Virus record (IMG/VR): IMGVR_UViG_3300038427_000078
Length of the DNA: 64,000 nucleotides
From: a virus
Strand: one strand, 5' to 3'
Both the position numbers and the translations under genes were made by a program. Below are positions 34,604 through 44,292 of this stretch, in pieces (position 1 is the stretch's first letter; the number at the start of each line of letters is the position of its first letter). The notes under the pieces are model-generated. The model was not told the origin of the DNA, ran no database searches, and was given only the letters and a program-made list of their open reading frames with translations.

Positions 34604-35796
34604 ATGGCACCCATCCAGAACATGCACAGAGTGAACAAGAAGGGGGCTAAGATCCTCACGGTGGAACCTGCTACGCAGACCATCCATGCAAGCCTGGGCG
34701 CAGGCCAGGTCGTGCCCGTCAACATGTATACTTACACGCCGGTTGTCCGCTGGCCGAAAGTGGGAGAGACATGGTGGCTACGAGAAGAGAACGGATCGTG
34801 GTTCCTTGACAGCGTTCAGGAGCAGCAGGCAGAAACCTTCCCCGACTATGCACCAGACGGAGCGTATGCGGAAGGCGCTGTGGTAAAATTTGAAGGGAAG
34901 CATTTCTCACTCGGAGAGATAATCGACTGATGCCCAAAGAACTACCTATCCCTGGACCCCCACCCAACGAACCGTGGTCACTGTTCAAAGTAGTCCTAGT
35001 GCGACCCGGAGATGCGGTCATCTCTGCCTCTTCGGGGCGCATCCTACAGAACAAGAACAGCTACCTCACCGAAGTCCCTAATGGGCTGCGCGTGCCATGG
35101 TTTCCTACCGCCTTCGCAGGCAGCTTCGAAAACGTATGGAACAAAGAAACTAGCGAAGAGGTCACGAATAGGCTCGAACAGATTTGCACCATTGTCAATG
35201 ACCTCCGCGCATGTGTCATGGCCTACAACATGGTCGAAAAAAAGGAAGAAGTCGATCCCGAAGCTCACTTCCATGTTCGCACGGGCGAGCACCTGGATGC
35301 CCTACACGGGCCGGGTACCGCTGCGGCATTCGCGGATCGCATGGACCTCACCAAGACCTTTCCTGGTACACAGGCGGCGGTCGCAGAACGCATCCACAAG
35401 AACGGAGCCACCGTGGTCGAAACCGTCTGGACAAAGCAGGGTAAGCGGATCGCTGCTCTTAGGCTCCATCTCACCAAGGAGAGAGCGCATTATGACCGCC
35501 TCGAAGTCGAGCCTGAGTACCGAGGCAAGGGCTTCTACTCAGCGCTGATCCGTAGGCCGTCGTGGTGGAGGGAACTTGGAGTCAAGATCATCACCGCCCA
35601 GCCAGAAAACGAACGTTCTGAGCACGCGCTAGCGCTGGGCGGACTCCACTGGCAGGACTTTGAAGGCGAGCCTGTCTTTGGCGCACGGCTTGACCAGAGA
35701 GACAGAATGGACGACTATCGCGAGTGGCTAGCGACCGGCAAGGATCCCGATCAGGAACCAGAGTGGCGTCGAGAACTGCGCCTTCCAACCATGTAA
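34604..35796 (+). CDS. Baseplate spike-like protein with CBM5/12-like module and C-terminal GNAT-like domain (ORFs 34604-34930 and 34930-35796 probably one gene)
   Basis: OB-like WPKVGETW. The motif YAEGAVVKFEG..PPPNEPW spans both ORFs. LEVEPEYRGKGFYSAL is a GNAT motif A. Confidence 0.6.
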
Positions 35797-35802
35797 TAGA
35801 CG

Positions 35803-36261
35803 ATGAGCTTTTCGTTGAAGATAGAACACGGCGACCTGGCCCTCAACGGCACGGAACTAGCTAAGGTCGAAGGGGCCGACAAGCTACAGCAGGATCTTTC
35901 TGTCGCCATCCTGACGCCGCTGGGCTTCGATGAACTACACCCGCTGTTCGGGTCCATCCTGGTCGAAAACCTCATCGACAACGGCATCGTAGACATCATC
36001 GGGACGCAGAACTTCCGACGTGCAGCCACCCTCGTCAATGCCGAGCTACGCCGCCTCTGCCGCAATTACCAGGAACAGCAGATCAACCGCAACCAGAGCG
36101 ATGTGATCCGCTTCGGTCGCCACACGCTGACCCCGGATGAGATTCTGGTATCCGTCAAGAACGTCGCTTTCAAGCAGGCCGAAGACCATCTCATCTGCGA
36201 ACTCTCCCTCGAAATCGGCACCGAAACGGTGTCAATCCCCGTTCCGATCCCTAATAGCTGA
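35803..36261 (+). CDS. Baseplate wedge subunit (gp25-like)
   Basis: V.G..KL.QDL...ILTPLG...HP.FGS motif. Confidence 0.8.
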   Translation: MSFSLKIEHGDLALNGTELAKVEGADKLQQDLSVAILTPLGFDELHPLFGSILVENLIDNGIVDIIGTQNFRRAATLVNAELRRLCRNYQEQQINRNQSDVIRFGRHTLTPDEILVSVKNVAFKQAEDHLICELSLEIGTETVSIPVPIPNS

Positions 36262-38963
36262 TGCCCGTACGTAGCCAACTCCAAATCGCAGAACAGATGG
36301 TCGCGCAGATCCGTCTGCTTGAACCTTCTGTCTCAGCCGAAGTAGGCACCCCGGAGCGCTTGATCCTCGACACCGTGTCGGGAGCTATCTCCGAAGACTC
36401 CATCGACCTCGTTGGTCTACAGCAAGCCCTCAACGTAGACACCAAGTACGGCGTCAACCTCACCAACTTCCTCAGCATCTTCGGCTTCGCGAGACAGGAA
36501 GCGACCAAGGCCACCGGCTACGTCGAATTCACCGTGAGCAGTCCTGGCACTCGCACCGTTCTGATCCCGGAAGGGACGCTCGTCAAGTCTAGCGAAGCGA
36601 CCGAACTTGAAGGTCTGGTGCCGGAATTCGCGACTCTCGCCTCAGCTTACATCAGACCCGGTGAAACCACCACGGGTCCGGTGCCTGTCGAATGTACCCG
36701 CCCTGGTGCGTTCGGCAACGTAGCGGCGAACAAAATCACGGTGTTCACGACGCCAGAACTCGGTCCGCTCCTCGGCGTCACGGCGGTCACCAACCCAACT
36801 CCGACCACCCACGGCACCGAACAGGAGAACGACAACAGCCTCAAGACCCGATTCAAGAACACGGTGTTCAGGAACATGTCGGGTACCGAAGACCAGTTCC
36901 TCGCCCTCTCGGTAGCTACCTCCTTCACCACCAAGGCCAACGTCGTCGGTCCTGTCTCTACGTACCAAGAGTACGTGCAGGTACCGCAGAACGAAGAACA
37001 CCCGCTTACTGGCGATGACACTACCGCGATCCGCTACGGCGGAGAAGGCAGCGCCGCCTACGTAGGTTTCCCTGCTCCCATCGTAGTCCGAGGCAACACG
37101 GTGGAAGGCTCATTCATCCTGACCATCAAAGACACAACCGGAGTCACACCCGGACAGGCTGTCGTGGTCTACGAAGAAGGCGACAACCCTCGTCCGAGCA
37201 CTACAACCACAGTCGAAGAAGTTGTCTCGACCACCGAAATCAAACTCGCGGCGAAAGCCAAAGCCACAGTGAACGATGGATGGGTTACCATCGGCACGAC
37301 CTCTGACACACCGTACATCAACAGGTGGACCAGCGGCCTCTCCACCAACCCGTACGCCAAGGAAGTATTCCCGGAACTTCCGGTGTTCATCTCTACGGCT
37401 GCGGCTGGACTCGGCAAACGGTTCTTCCGCGAGGGCGCAGACTTCGTGTTCAACTTCCCACCGAAGCTCGCCGGGGATACCTACCGTGCGATGCTCGATG
37501 GCACAGGCAACGACCCTCGCGTGGGCGAAGGATCGAAACAGCCGAACGTGACCTTCATCAATGTGTACGTCGGCAGCGAACCACCGGCAGAAGTGCTAGC
37601 TCCTGGTACCGTGGCGCTGCTCGAATACTCATACACGTCTAGGGCTTCCCGCAACAACCCGGAACACAATGTCACGAACGCGGTCGATGTGTTCATCGAT
37701 GGTCAGAACGTACAGCAGACCTCCACAGTGTTCACTGTCCCACTGTCCCCGACCGAATTCGCGTTTGTCGATGAACCCGTGAGCAAGTTCTACTACGAGA
37801 ACTACCGCCGTGCCGGTGAGCCAGCCACCCGTCCGGTCGAGGGTGACATCCTAACTCAGCTATTCAACCAGCCGGTGCTAGGGATCCCGCCACAGATCAC
37901 CATCGAGGAAGACGTGTTCTACTTGGGCGTTCACTACTGGCTGGTGAAGGATGTCTCGTCACTCTCTGGCACCATCCGAGCACGCGACGGCATCGAGTGG
38001 AGCGCGTACATCAACGGTGACAAAAAAGGCGCACTCGGTCGCCCGAACCCTGGCAAAGAACTTGCCTACAGCGGCAAGAAGTTCGCGGAACTCGAAGCAT
38101 CGAAAGCCGGTGTCCCGCAGCTTATCGACATCGAAACCTACACCTACGACAAGAACATACCTGACTTGCAGGTTGCCCTCGAAGGTGCGAAACAGGTCAC
38201 CACGGATGTCCTCGCCCACAGCGCTCGCAAACGCTACTTCAAGCTCGACATCACGGTGGTCTACTCAGCTACCGCGTCGGTGACAGCCGTCAACGAAAAC
38301 ATCCAGAAAGCCATCTCTCGATTCCTATCCAACCAATACTTCGGAGCAGTCGTCCGCCTCTCGGATCTGTTGCAACAGATCCACGGAGTTGCCGGTGTCG
38401 AAAACGTCCGCTGGTCCAACGATGTTCCTCACACGCGCGACCTTATCCGGGTCTACGAGACTGACATCGAAGGCGCTCCGCTACGCGGCGTGTTCACTGA
38501 CCGGATCCAGTACGGCGGCGGAGGTAGCAAAGCAATCGATACCCTCTACGTCGTCGGCAACCCAACCGAAGGCGAGTTCGCTCTGAAATACGGAGGAGCA
38601 GAACCATCACCAATCGTACACGTTGCATCCTTTACTGCCGCCTCCCTTGAAACCGCGATCAACGGTGGATGGCTGCCGGGTGGATGGACGGCCACAGTCG
38701 AAGAAGACATCCGCTCAACCGTTGGTGTGCTGTCTCCGATCCGTTCCTTCCGCATCACCTACAGCAAAACCGAAAAACTGGCCGAGCCAGTCACGATCTA
38801 CAACCCGGAAAGCCCGTTGCAGGGTGGTGAATATGTCTACGACTTCGACTTCTACCTCCACGACGACGAGCTACCCGCACTACCCACTGGCACACAGAAA
38901 GGCGACACAGTACCCGGATTGATCATCCGTGCCCGCGCACAGAACGTCTTTGAGAAGGCTTGA
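36261..38963 (+). CDS. Baseplate J-like wedge protein
   Basis: FGFARQEATKATGYVEF, VECTRPGAFGNV, VTNP..T.GTEQEND..LKTRF. Confidence 0.88.
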   Translation: MPVRSQLQIAEQMVAQIRLLEPSVSAEVGTPERLILDTVSGAISEDSIDLVGLQQALNVDTKYGVNLTNFLSIFGFARQEATKATGYVEFTVSSPGTRTVLIPEGTLVKSSEATELEGLVPEFATLASAYIRPGETTTGPVPVECTRPGAFGNVAANKITVFTTPELGPLLGVTAVTNPTPTTHGTEQENDNSLKTRFKNTVFRNMSGTEDQFLALSVATSFTTKANVVGPVSTYQEYVQVPQNEEHPLTGDDTTAIRYGGEGSAAYVGFPAPIVVRGNTVEGSFILTIKDTTGVTPGQAVVVYEEGDNPRPSTTTTVEEVVSTTEIKLAAKAKATVNDGWVTIGTTSDTPYINRWTSGLSTNPYAKEVFPELPVFISTAAAGLGKRFFREGADFVFNFPPKLAGDTYRAMLDGTGNDPRVGEGSKQPNVTFINVYVGSEPPAEVLAPGTVALLEYSYTSRASRNNPEHNVTNAVDVFIDGQNVQQTSTVFTVPLSPTEFAFVDEPVSKFYYENYRRAGEPATRPVEGDILTQLFNQPVLGIPPQITIEEDVFYLGVHYWLVKDVSSLSGTIRARDGIEWSAYINGDKKGALGRPNPGKELAYSGKKFAELEASKAGVPQLIDIETYTYDKNIPDLQVALEGAKQVTTDVLAHSARKRYFKLDITVVYSATASVTAVNENIQKAISRFLSNQYFGAVVRLSDLLQQIHGVAGVENVRWSNDVPHTRDLIRVYETDIEGAPLRGVFTDRIQYGGGGSKAIDTLYVVGNPTEGEFALKYGGAEPSPIVHVASFTAASLETAINGGWLPGGWTATVEEDIRSTVGVLSPIRSFRITYSKTEKLAEPVTIYNPESPLQGGEYVYDFDFYLHDDELPALPTGTQKGDTVPGLIIRARAQNVFEKA

Positions 38964-38969
38964 TCTGCC

Positions 38970-39386
38970 ATGAGCGAACGAGCTATTCTAACGGCATACC
39001 GACGAGGAGAGACTGTCGCCTCTATGGTCAATCGACTTGGCACAAGTCGGTACGCAATATACAAGGCGATCAATCGTCATGATGTATCAAAACGCAAAGC
39101 AGCAAAGCAACCCGATTGGCCGGAGTCTGGTCACGGAAAATGGGTTGATAAACAAGGCTATGTCACAGTTTGGTATCGGGGTAAGCCAAGACGAGAGCAC
39201 CGTTGCGTCATGGAAGTAGCCCTCGGTAGGAGACTTCTCAAGTCAGAGACAGTGCATCATGTCAATGGGGATCGATCAGACAATCGCATCGAGAACCTAC
39301 AACTACGACAAGGACATCATGGCCCTGGCGTGGTAATGTGCTGTGCAGAGTGCGGTTCGCATAACCTTCGTCCAACGGAGGCGTGA
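38970..39386 (+). CDS. HNH endonuclease with N-terminal HTH
   Basis: EHRCVME..LGRRL...ETVHHVNGDRSDNRIENLQL. Confidence 0.88.
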   Translation: MSERAILTAYRRGETVASMVNRLGTSRYAIYKAINRHDVSKRKAAKQPDWPESGHGKWVDKQGYVTVWYRGKPRREHRCVMEVALGRRLLKSETVHHVNGDRSDNRIENLQLRQGHHGPGVVMCCAECGSHNLRPTEA

Positions 39387-41383
39387 TCATGACCGTACCC
39401 GCTAACGCAGTCACCACACCGGACGTTACCAACGAAATCGTCCAGCAGTTCTTCATCGAGGGACAGAGCACGGGCAAGTCCCCGCTCAACTACCTTGATC
39501 ACTTCCCGGAAACGGTGTGGAACAAGGGCATCCACACGCGACTCGTCGCGCTCATGTATACTCTCCTTGGTCCTTCGGGAGTAGGGTACCTCCGCCAGAA
39601 CTACCTAGAAGCCCGCATCGCCATCGAAAACAACGGGCTGAAAACGACCGAACTAGATGAACTCTACAACAACATCTTCTCATTCGCTCGCTTCGCCACC
39701 GAGGTCTACGAACAGGACACGGAGGGACTGCTCACCCAGGCGCAGTTCGAACAGGTACAGGAATCCGACAAAGCCTACCAGAACCGTGCGAAATCCTTCC
39801 TCGCCGCCACCCGCGCAGGAGGTACCATCCTCGGCATTGAACTCGCAGCCAAGTCAGGACTGCTCACTGCTGTAGAGGTCATCGAGAACTACAAGGCTCT
39901 CTACGACGAACACTCCGATGACCGGCTAGGCATCCAGTGGCAGGGCGTCACACGTTCAACCGAGGAGGTCATTCTCCTGCCTCGACAGGAACTCCCAACC
40001 AATGCGTTGCAGATACTCGACTTCACAGGTGAACTCCCGCCACTCACGGGTAGTTTCACACTGGCCTTCCCGCTAGCGGCTACGGAAACCGTCGAAAACG
40101 TGAGCCAGAACAACCCATCTACCGCAGAGCTTTCGTTCGAATCCGGGGCACACGAAATCCAGGAGGCGCTAGAAGCCCTTCCTGGTGTGGGCAATCTGAA
40201 CATCCATGTCACCGGAGGACCGCTGCCGAGCAAACCCATCGAAATCGAATTCACCAACGAGCTAGCCGACCGTGTGATCCCGCCGTTGCTGGTGACCAAA
40301 AACACCTGCGCGAACGCCGAAGAACTACAGGTCGTGCTAGAGATTGAACAGAAGATCGTGGGTGCATCCGCTGACGGTGGTGTCTCTACCATCCCTCCGG
40401 AAAACTGGCAGTACGCGGAGGTCGCGCTCAGGCAGATCAAGCCGGTCACCACCATCATCAGCCCCGGCAAAGCTCCGAGCGTTACCAAACGACAGGTGCC
40501 GAACAGCGTTGCCTCCGACTCTGAGTACGCCGAAGTGCTGCGATACGTCACAGGTTCACGCACGATCACCTGGCCTCCTCTCGACTCGACCCACTGGATT
40601 GAGGGTGGCGTGGAGAAGGAGGCACCACAGACCGTCAACGGTGGCTCGCAGCACTACCTCAACTTCCACAACATCAGCACCATCAAAGCATACACAGGAG
40701 AGGCGCTGCTAGACCCGGACTATGAAGAAGGCACCTACGCACCCTACCCGGATGAACACCACGGCATCTTCTCCGCAGAACAGCGAGCGCTCTACCCGTT
40801 CCTCAACGCCTTCAACGACCCGACGCATGTATTCGAAGCCAATGAAGCCGCTCCATCACCGTCACTGCCAGTGTTCAAAGAAGGCCCGTACATCGAAGGC
40901 GTCTATCCTCTGGACTACACCACTGCGCCCGGAGCCAAACCAGACTTCGTGGTAGCAAGCACCCGCATGTGGTCATCCGAAGAACACAATGAAGGATCAG
41001 ACATCTTGGAGATTGACTTCGGCACTGTGCAGGCGTGCAACTTCATCACGTTCGAAGCGTCGAACAAGCCGTACGAAATCAATGTAGCCTATGACCTACT
41101 CGATGCTTCGCCGGAACGCCACTTCGTTCCCGTCACCTTCTCAGAACCGCATGTTGCTCAGTCTGTGCTCAGCATCGGACATGAAACGAAAACCCCGAAC
41201 CCGTGGGTCGTCATCCCTCTCAACTTCGGCAACACCGCTGGCGGGATGATCTACACGCGCTTCATCCGCCTAGAGTTCACGAAGCGCACCACCGAAGGGT
41301 CGCCGTTCACCGGCCCGAACGGGGAACTCAAACCGTTCAGTATCGAGGTCCGTAGCCTAAGAATTGGAAGGAACGTGTCATGA
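39383..41383 (+). CDS. Baseplate wedge / tail protein
   Basis: GGTILGIELAAKS motif. Follows the J-like gene. Confidence 0.65.
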   Translation: MIMTVPANAVTTPDVTNEIVQQFFIEGQSTGKSPLNYLDHFPETVWNKGIHTRLVALMYTLLGPSGVGYLRQNYLEARIAIENNGLKTTELDELYNNIFSFARFATEVYEQDTEGLLTQAQFEQVQESDKAYQNRAKSFLAATRAGGTILGIELAAKSGLLTAVEVIENYKALYDEHSDDRLGIQWQGVTRSTEEVILLPRQELPTNALQILDFTGELPPLTGSFTLAFPLAATETVENVSQNNPSTAELSFESGAHEIQEALEALPGVGNLNIHVTGGPLPSKPIEIEFTNELADRVIPPLLVTKNTCANAEELQVVLEIEQKIVGASADGGVSTIPPENWQYAEVALRQIKPVTTIISPGKAPSVTKRQVPNSVASDSEYAEVLRYVTGSRTITWPPLDSTHWIEGGVEKEAPQTVNGGSQHYLNFHNISTIKAYTGEALLDPDYEEGTYAPYPDEHHGIFSAEQRALYPFLNAFNDPTHVFEANEAAPSPSLPVFKEGPYIEGVYPLDYTTAPGAKPDFVVASTRMWSSEEHNEGSDILEIDFGTVQACNFITFEASNKPYEINVAYDLLDASPERHFVPVTFSEPHVAQSVLSIGHETKTPNPWVVIPLNFGNTAGGMIYTRFIRLEFTKRTTEGSPFTGPNGELKPFSIEVRSLRIGRNVS

Positions 41384-44292
41384 GCGCGCCTACAATCTCA
41401 CAGAACTACAGCGGGGTCATCCTCGATCTGAACAAGTCTCCGCGCTTAGGGATAAGCATTGAACCTGGACAGACCTACTACCAGACGTTCCTCCTACCGG
41501 AAGAACTACAGCGAGGAGTGTTCCCCAAGGAACAGCGCCTCCCGGCTCTGTCGGGCTTTCAGATCCTCATCGGCGTCAAGCAAAACCTAAGCGAAATCTA
41601 CGAGGCAAGCGCCGTCGAAGTCAACTACGTGCTCGAACAGTACGAGTTCGGATCTGGCTGGTCGCCGGTCACCAAGGGCACCCTCAAAGGCGTACCGTAC
41701 GGCAACTCACGGGTCTGGATCGATGTGCTGTTTGACAACCCCATCGAACTTAGCGAGAGTCAGGTGCCTAGCGAAAACCGCAACGAGGCTCCGACCGAGT
41801 TCCGGCTCGCGCTTAGCTTCCCCGCTGCGGTCGAAGTTCTATCCTACGTGACACCGAATCCGTATTCGCACGGCGAAGGGTACCATTCAGTCCCCAAGAT
41901 CACGAAAGCCGCGAAGGAAGCGAAAGTAGCTACTCAGAAATCGGGCCGCGAAGTACGCGAAACCGAAGAACTACACGAACGCGAAGCGTGGACAAAAGAA
42001 GAAGGCGAAAGCCTGATCACCAAACAAGAACGCGAAGCCAAAGAACGGGTCCAGAAGGAACTACGCAGGGTGGACGAGACTCACGAAGCCGAAGCGCGAG
42101 AAGAATGGCAGGAAGAAGTCGAAGGCATCATGCGGATCCACGGGTCGTTCAACTTCCGTCTGCTAGCATTGGTGGCGGACAGTGGCACCGACTTCCTCGG
42201 GGATCCCTATCGATCTGTCGCCATCGTGTCCGAAGCGCAGTCCGGAGGAGCTAACCCGAACACCGGCTACTGGCTGTCGTCACCGCAGCCGACACAGTTC
42301 GCTGTCGTCAGCCACTACTCAGATGTACGCCCGCTTCCAACCACGCCGACGTACGGCATCACCAACCTCATCGAGAACCCCAGCTTCGAGTACGACCTCG
42401 TAGGAGGTCTGCCTGCTCTATGGGTGGGAGCAGAAGGTCGAGAACTTCCAGAAGAGGAGGCTCTGCCTGCCGAAGAAATCGCAGCGGGTGAATGGCGTCA
42501 GCCGTTGCACGCGGTCCTCTTCTTCTCTGACTCCTCTGCTACCTTGAGAGTGAACCGCTTCCGGGGTGAATGGGAGGAACTGGAAGTCTACTCCAAGGGC
42601 GAAGGCATCAGCATCATCGAAACCCTTGAAGCGAAAATCCAGAAACAGAAAGAAGCTCGCGAAAAACGCGAAAAAGAGGAACGCGAAGCGCGTGAAAAAT
42701 GGGTGAAAGAAGAAGAAGCAACCGAAATCACCAAAAAAGAACGCGAAGAAAAAGAAACGAAACAGAAAGAAGAACGCGAACACGACGAGAAAGTCGAAGC
42801 CGAAGAACTCGAAGCCTTCGAACGGGAAGGTACCATTACCCGTACGTTTATCTCGAAGATCAACGAAAACCGTGCGCAGAACCCTCTCGGGTTTGAAGGT
42901 GAAACGTTTTGGGAAGAACGCGAAGGTCAGTTCTCCGCTATCAAGGGATTCCAGTACCTTGAAGTTGTCTCCAAAGGCGGCGGGGGTGTCGAACTCGATG
43001 AAGCAAGCGAAGTCCCGGTCAAGATCGGCGTGCCCATCACCTTGTCCTTCTGGATCCGCACGCAGAGCACGTCGTTGCCTATCGAAGTCCTCTTCGGTAA
43101 CGACATCGTGGGCGAAGTCACCGAAGAACTTGAGGCTACGGACGAATGGGTTCGTCACGAAGTCACTCTCCCCCCAACCGAAACGGGCACAGCCAACGTT
43201 GTGATCAGAGTACCATGGCTTCACGGCACCCAAGTCTTCTTCCTCGATGGGGTCATGGTGAACAACGGCAACAGCGCAGCTAAGTACATCGACGGCGACG
43301 TGATCAGTTGCCTCTGGAACGGCATCAAGGGTCGCTCATCGTCTGTTGAACTACAGGAACTCGAATCGGAAGAAAACTCCGTCGTGATCGACTCGATGCT
43401 CATCGACCCGATGACCTCGGGCGTTGGGATGAACGTCTACTACACCAACGACCTCACCGGCAGCGAGGGAGAAGGCGAACCGTCCATCGAAGATTGGGAA
43501 CAGAAGCTCTGGACGCGCGTGCCGCAGACCTACACCACATCAGGCAAGACCACCATCGTCCTCCCCGCTCCCATCGTGGCGAAGTTCGTCAAGCTAGAGT
43601 TCACCAACCTACAACCGAAACCGTACACGCCGGGTGACTACCAGCGTCCCACGCAGTACAAGCTCTTCCCGAATTGGGTGAGCGAAGTGTTCCTCAAGCT
43701 GCTCTCTAGCCCGAACTTCGTCGTCGGCAACGTGGGCGTGGTCTTCGACAAGCTCGAACTGATGTACCAATACTACAAGAAGGACTTGGAACAGCAGCCA
43801 AACAGCCCGATGATCAAGGCTGCCGAATCTGGCGAAGCTCAGGATCTTGCTGATCCGCAGACCCTCTCGCTCATCAATCAGGTCATCAACACCTACACCC
43901 AGCCACCGGCTGCGCAGGCTCCGCAGACCCTCATGGGCGAGGCGCAGAAGTCAGCGTCCCTCAAAGAAACCAACTACCCGGTCGAGCCGAACGCCGCCTT
44001 CAATGGCCCAGCGAACTTCCCGGTGTCTTCGCTCGACCGCACCAACATCGTCATCGACCAGGGCACGCCAGTCATGTTCTTCTACGTCACCTGCCGCCAC
44101 GCTTACAAGGAACAGACCGGCCTCTTCGCGGAAAACAAAGCGTACTACGCGGGCATCAAGCAACTAGCCTTCCTCCGCGAAAGCTACACCACCGTCGCGG
44201 ACGGCAACCTTTACATCGAGACAGGTGCCGATGACGTAAATACTGACAGGAACGATTTCGTCGTGGAAGACGGGATCTGGTACACAGACTGA
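41380..44292 (+). CDS. Minor tail protein with CBM-like domain and E/K helical inserts
   Basis: NLIENPSFEYD..YIDGD module and two E/K/R-rich inserts. Confidence 0.65.
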   Translation: MSAPTISQNYSGVILDLNKSPRLGISIEPGQTYYQTFLLPEELQRGVFPKEQRLPALSGFQILIGVKQNLSEIYEASAVEVNYVLEQYEFGSGWSPVTKGTLKGVPYGNSRVWIDVLFDNPIELSESQVPSENRNEAPTEFRLALSFPAAVEVLSYVTPNPYSHGEGYHSVPKITKAAKEAKVATQKSGREVRETEELHEREAWTKEEGESLITKQEREAKERVQKELRRVDETHEAEAREEWQEEVEGIMRIHGSFNFRLLALVADSGTDFLGDPYRSVAIVSEAQSGGANPNTGYWLSSPQPTQFAVVSHYSDVRPLPTTPTYGITNLIENPSFEYDLVGGLPALWVGAEGRELPEEEALPAEEIAAGEWRQPLHAVLFFSDSSATLRVNRFRGEWEELEVYSKGEGISIIETLEAKIQKQKEAREKREKEEREAREKWVKEEEATEITKKEREEKETKQKEEREHDEKVEAEELEAFEREGTITRTFISKINENRAQNPLGFEGETFWEEREGQFSAIKGFQYLEVVSKGGGGVELDEASEVPVKIGVPITLSFWIRTQSTSLPIEVLFGNDIVGEVTEELEATDEWVRHEVTLPPTETGTANVVIRVPWLHGTQVFFLDGVMVNNGNSAAKYIDGDVISCLWNGIKGRSSSVELQELESEENSVVIDSMLIDPMTSGVGMNVYYTNDLTGSEGEGEPSIEDWEQKLWTRVPQTYTTSGKTTIVLPAPIVAKFVKLEFTNLQPKPYTPGDYQRPTQYKLFPNWVSEVFLKLLSSPNFVVGNVGVVFDKLELMYQYYKKDLEQQPNSPMIKAAESGEAQDLADPQTLSLINQVINTYTQPPAAQAPQTLMGEAQKSASLKETNYPVEPNAAFNGPANFPVSSLDRTNIVIDQGTPVMFFYVTCRHAYKEQTGLFAENKAYYAGIKQLAFLRESYTTVADGNLYIETGADDVNTDRNDFVVEDGIWYTD

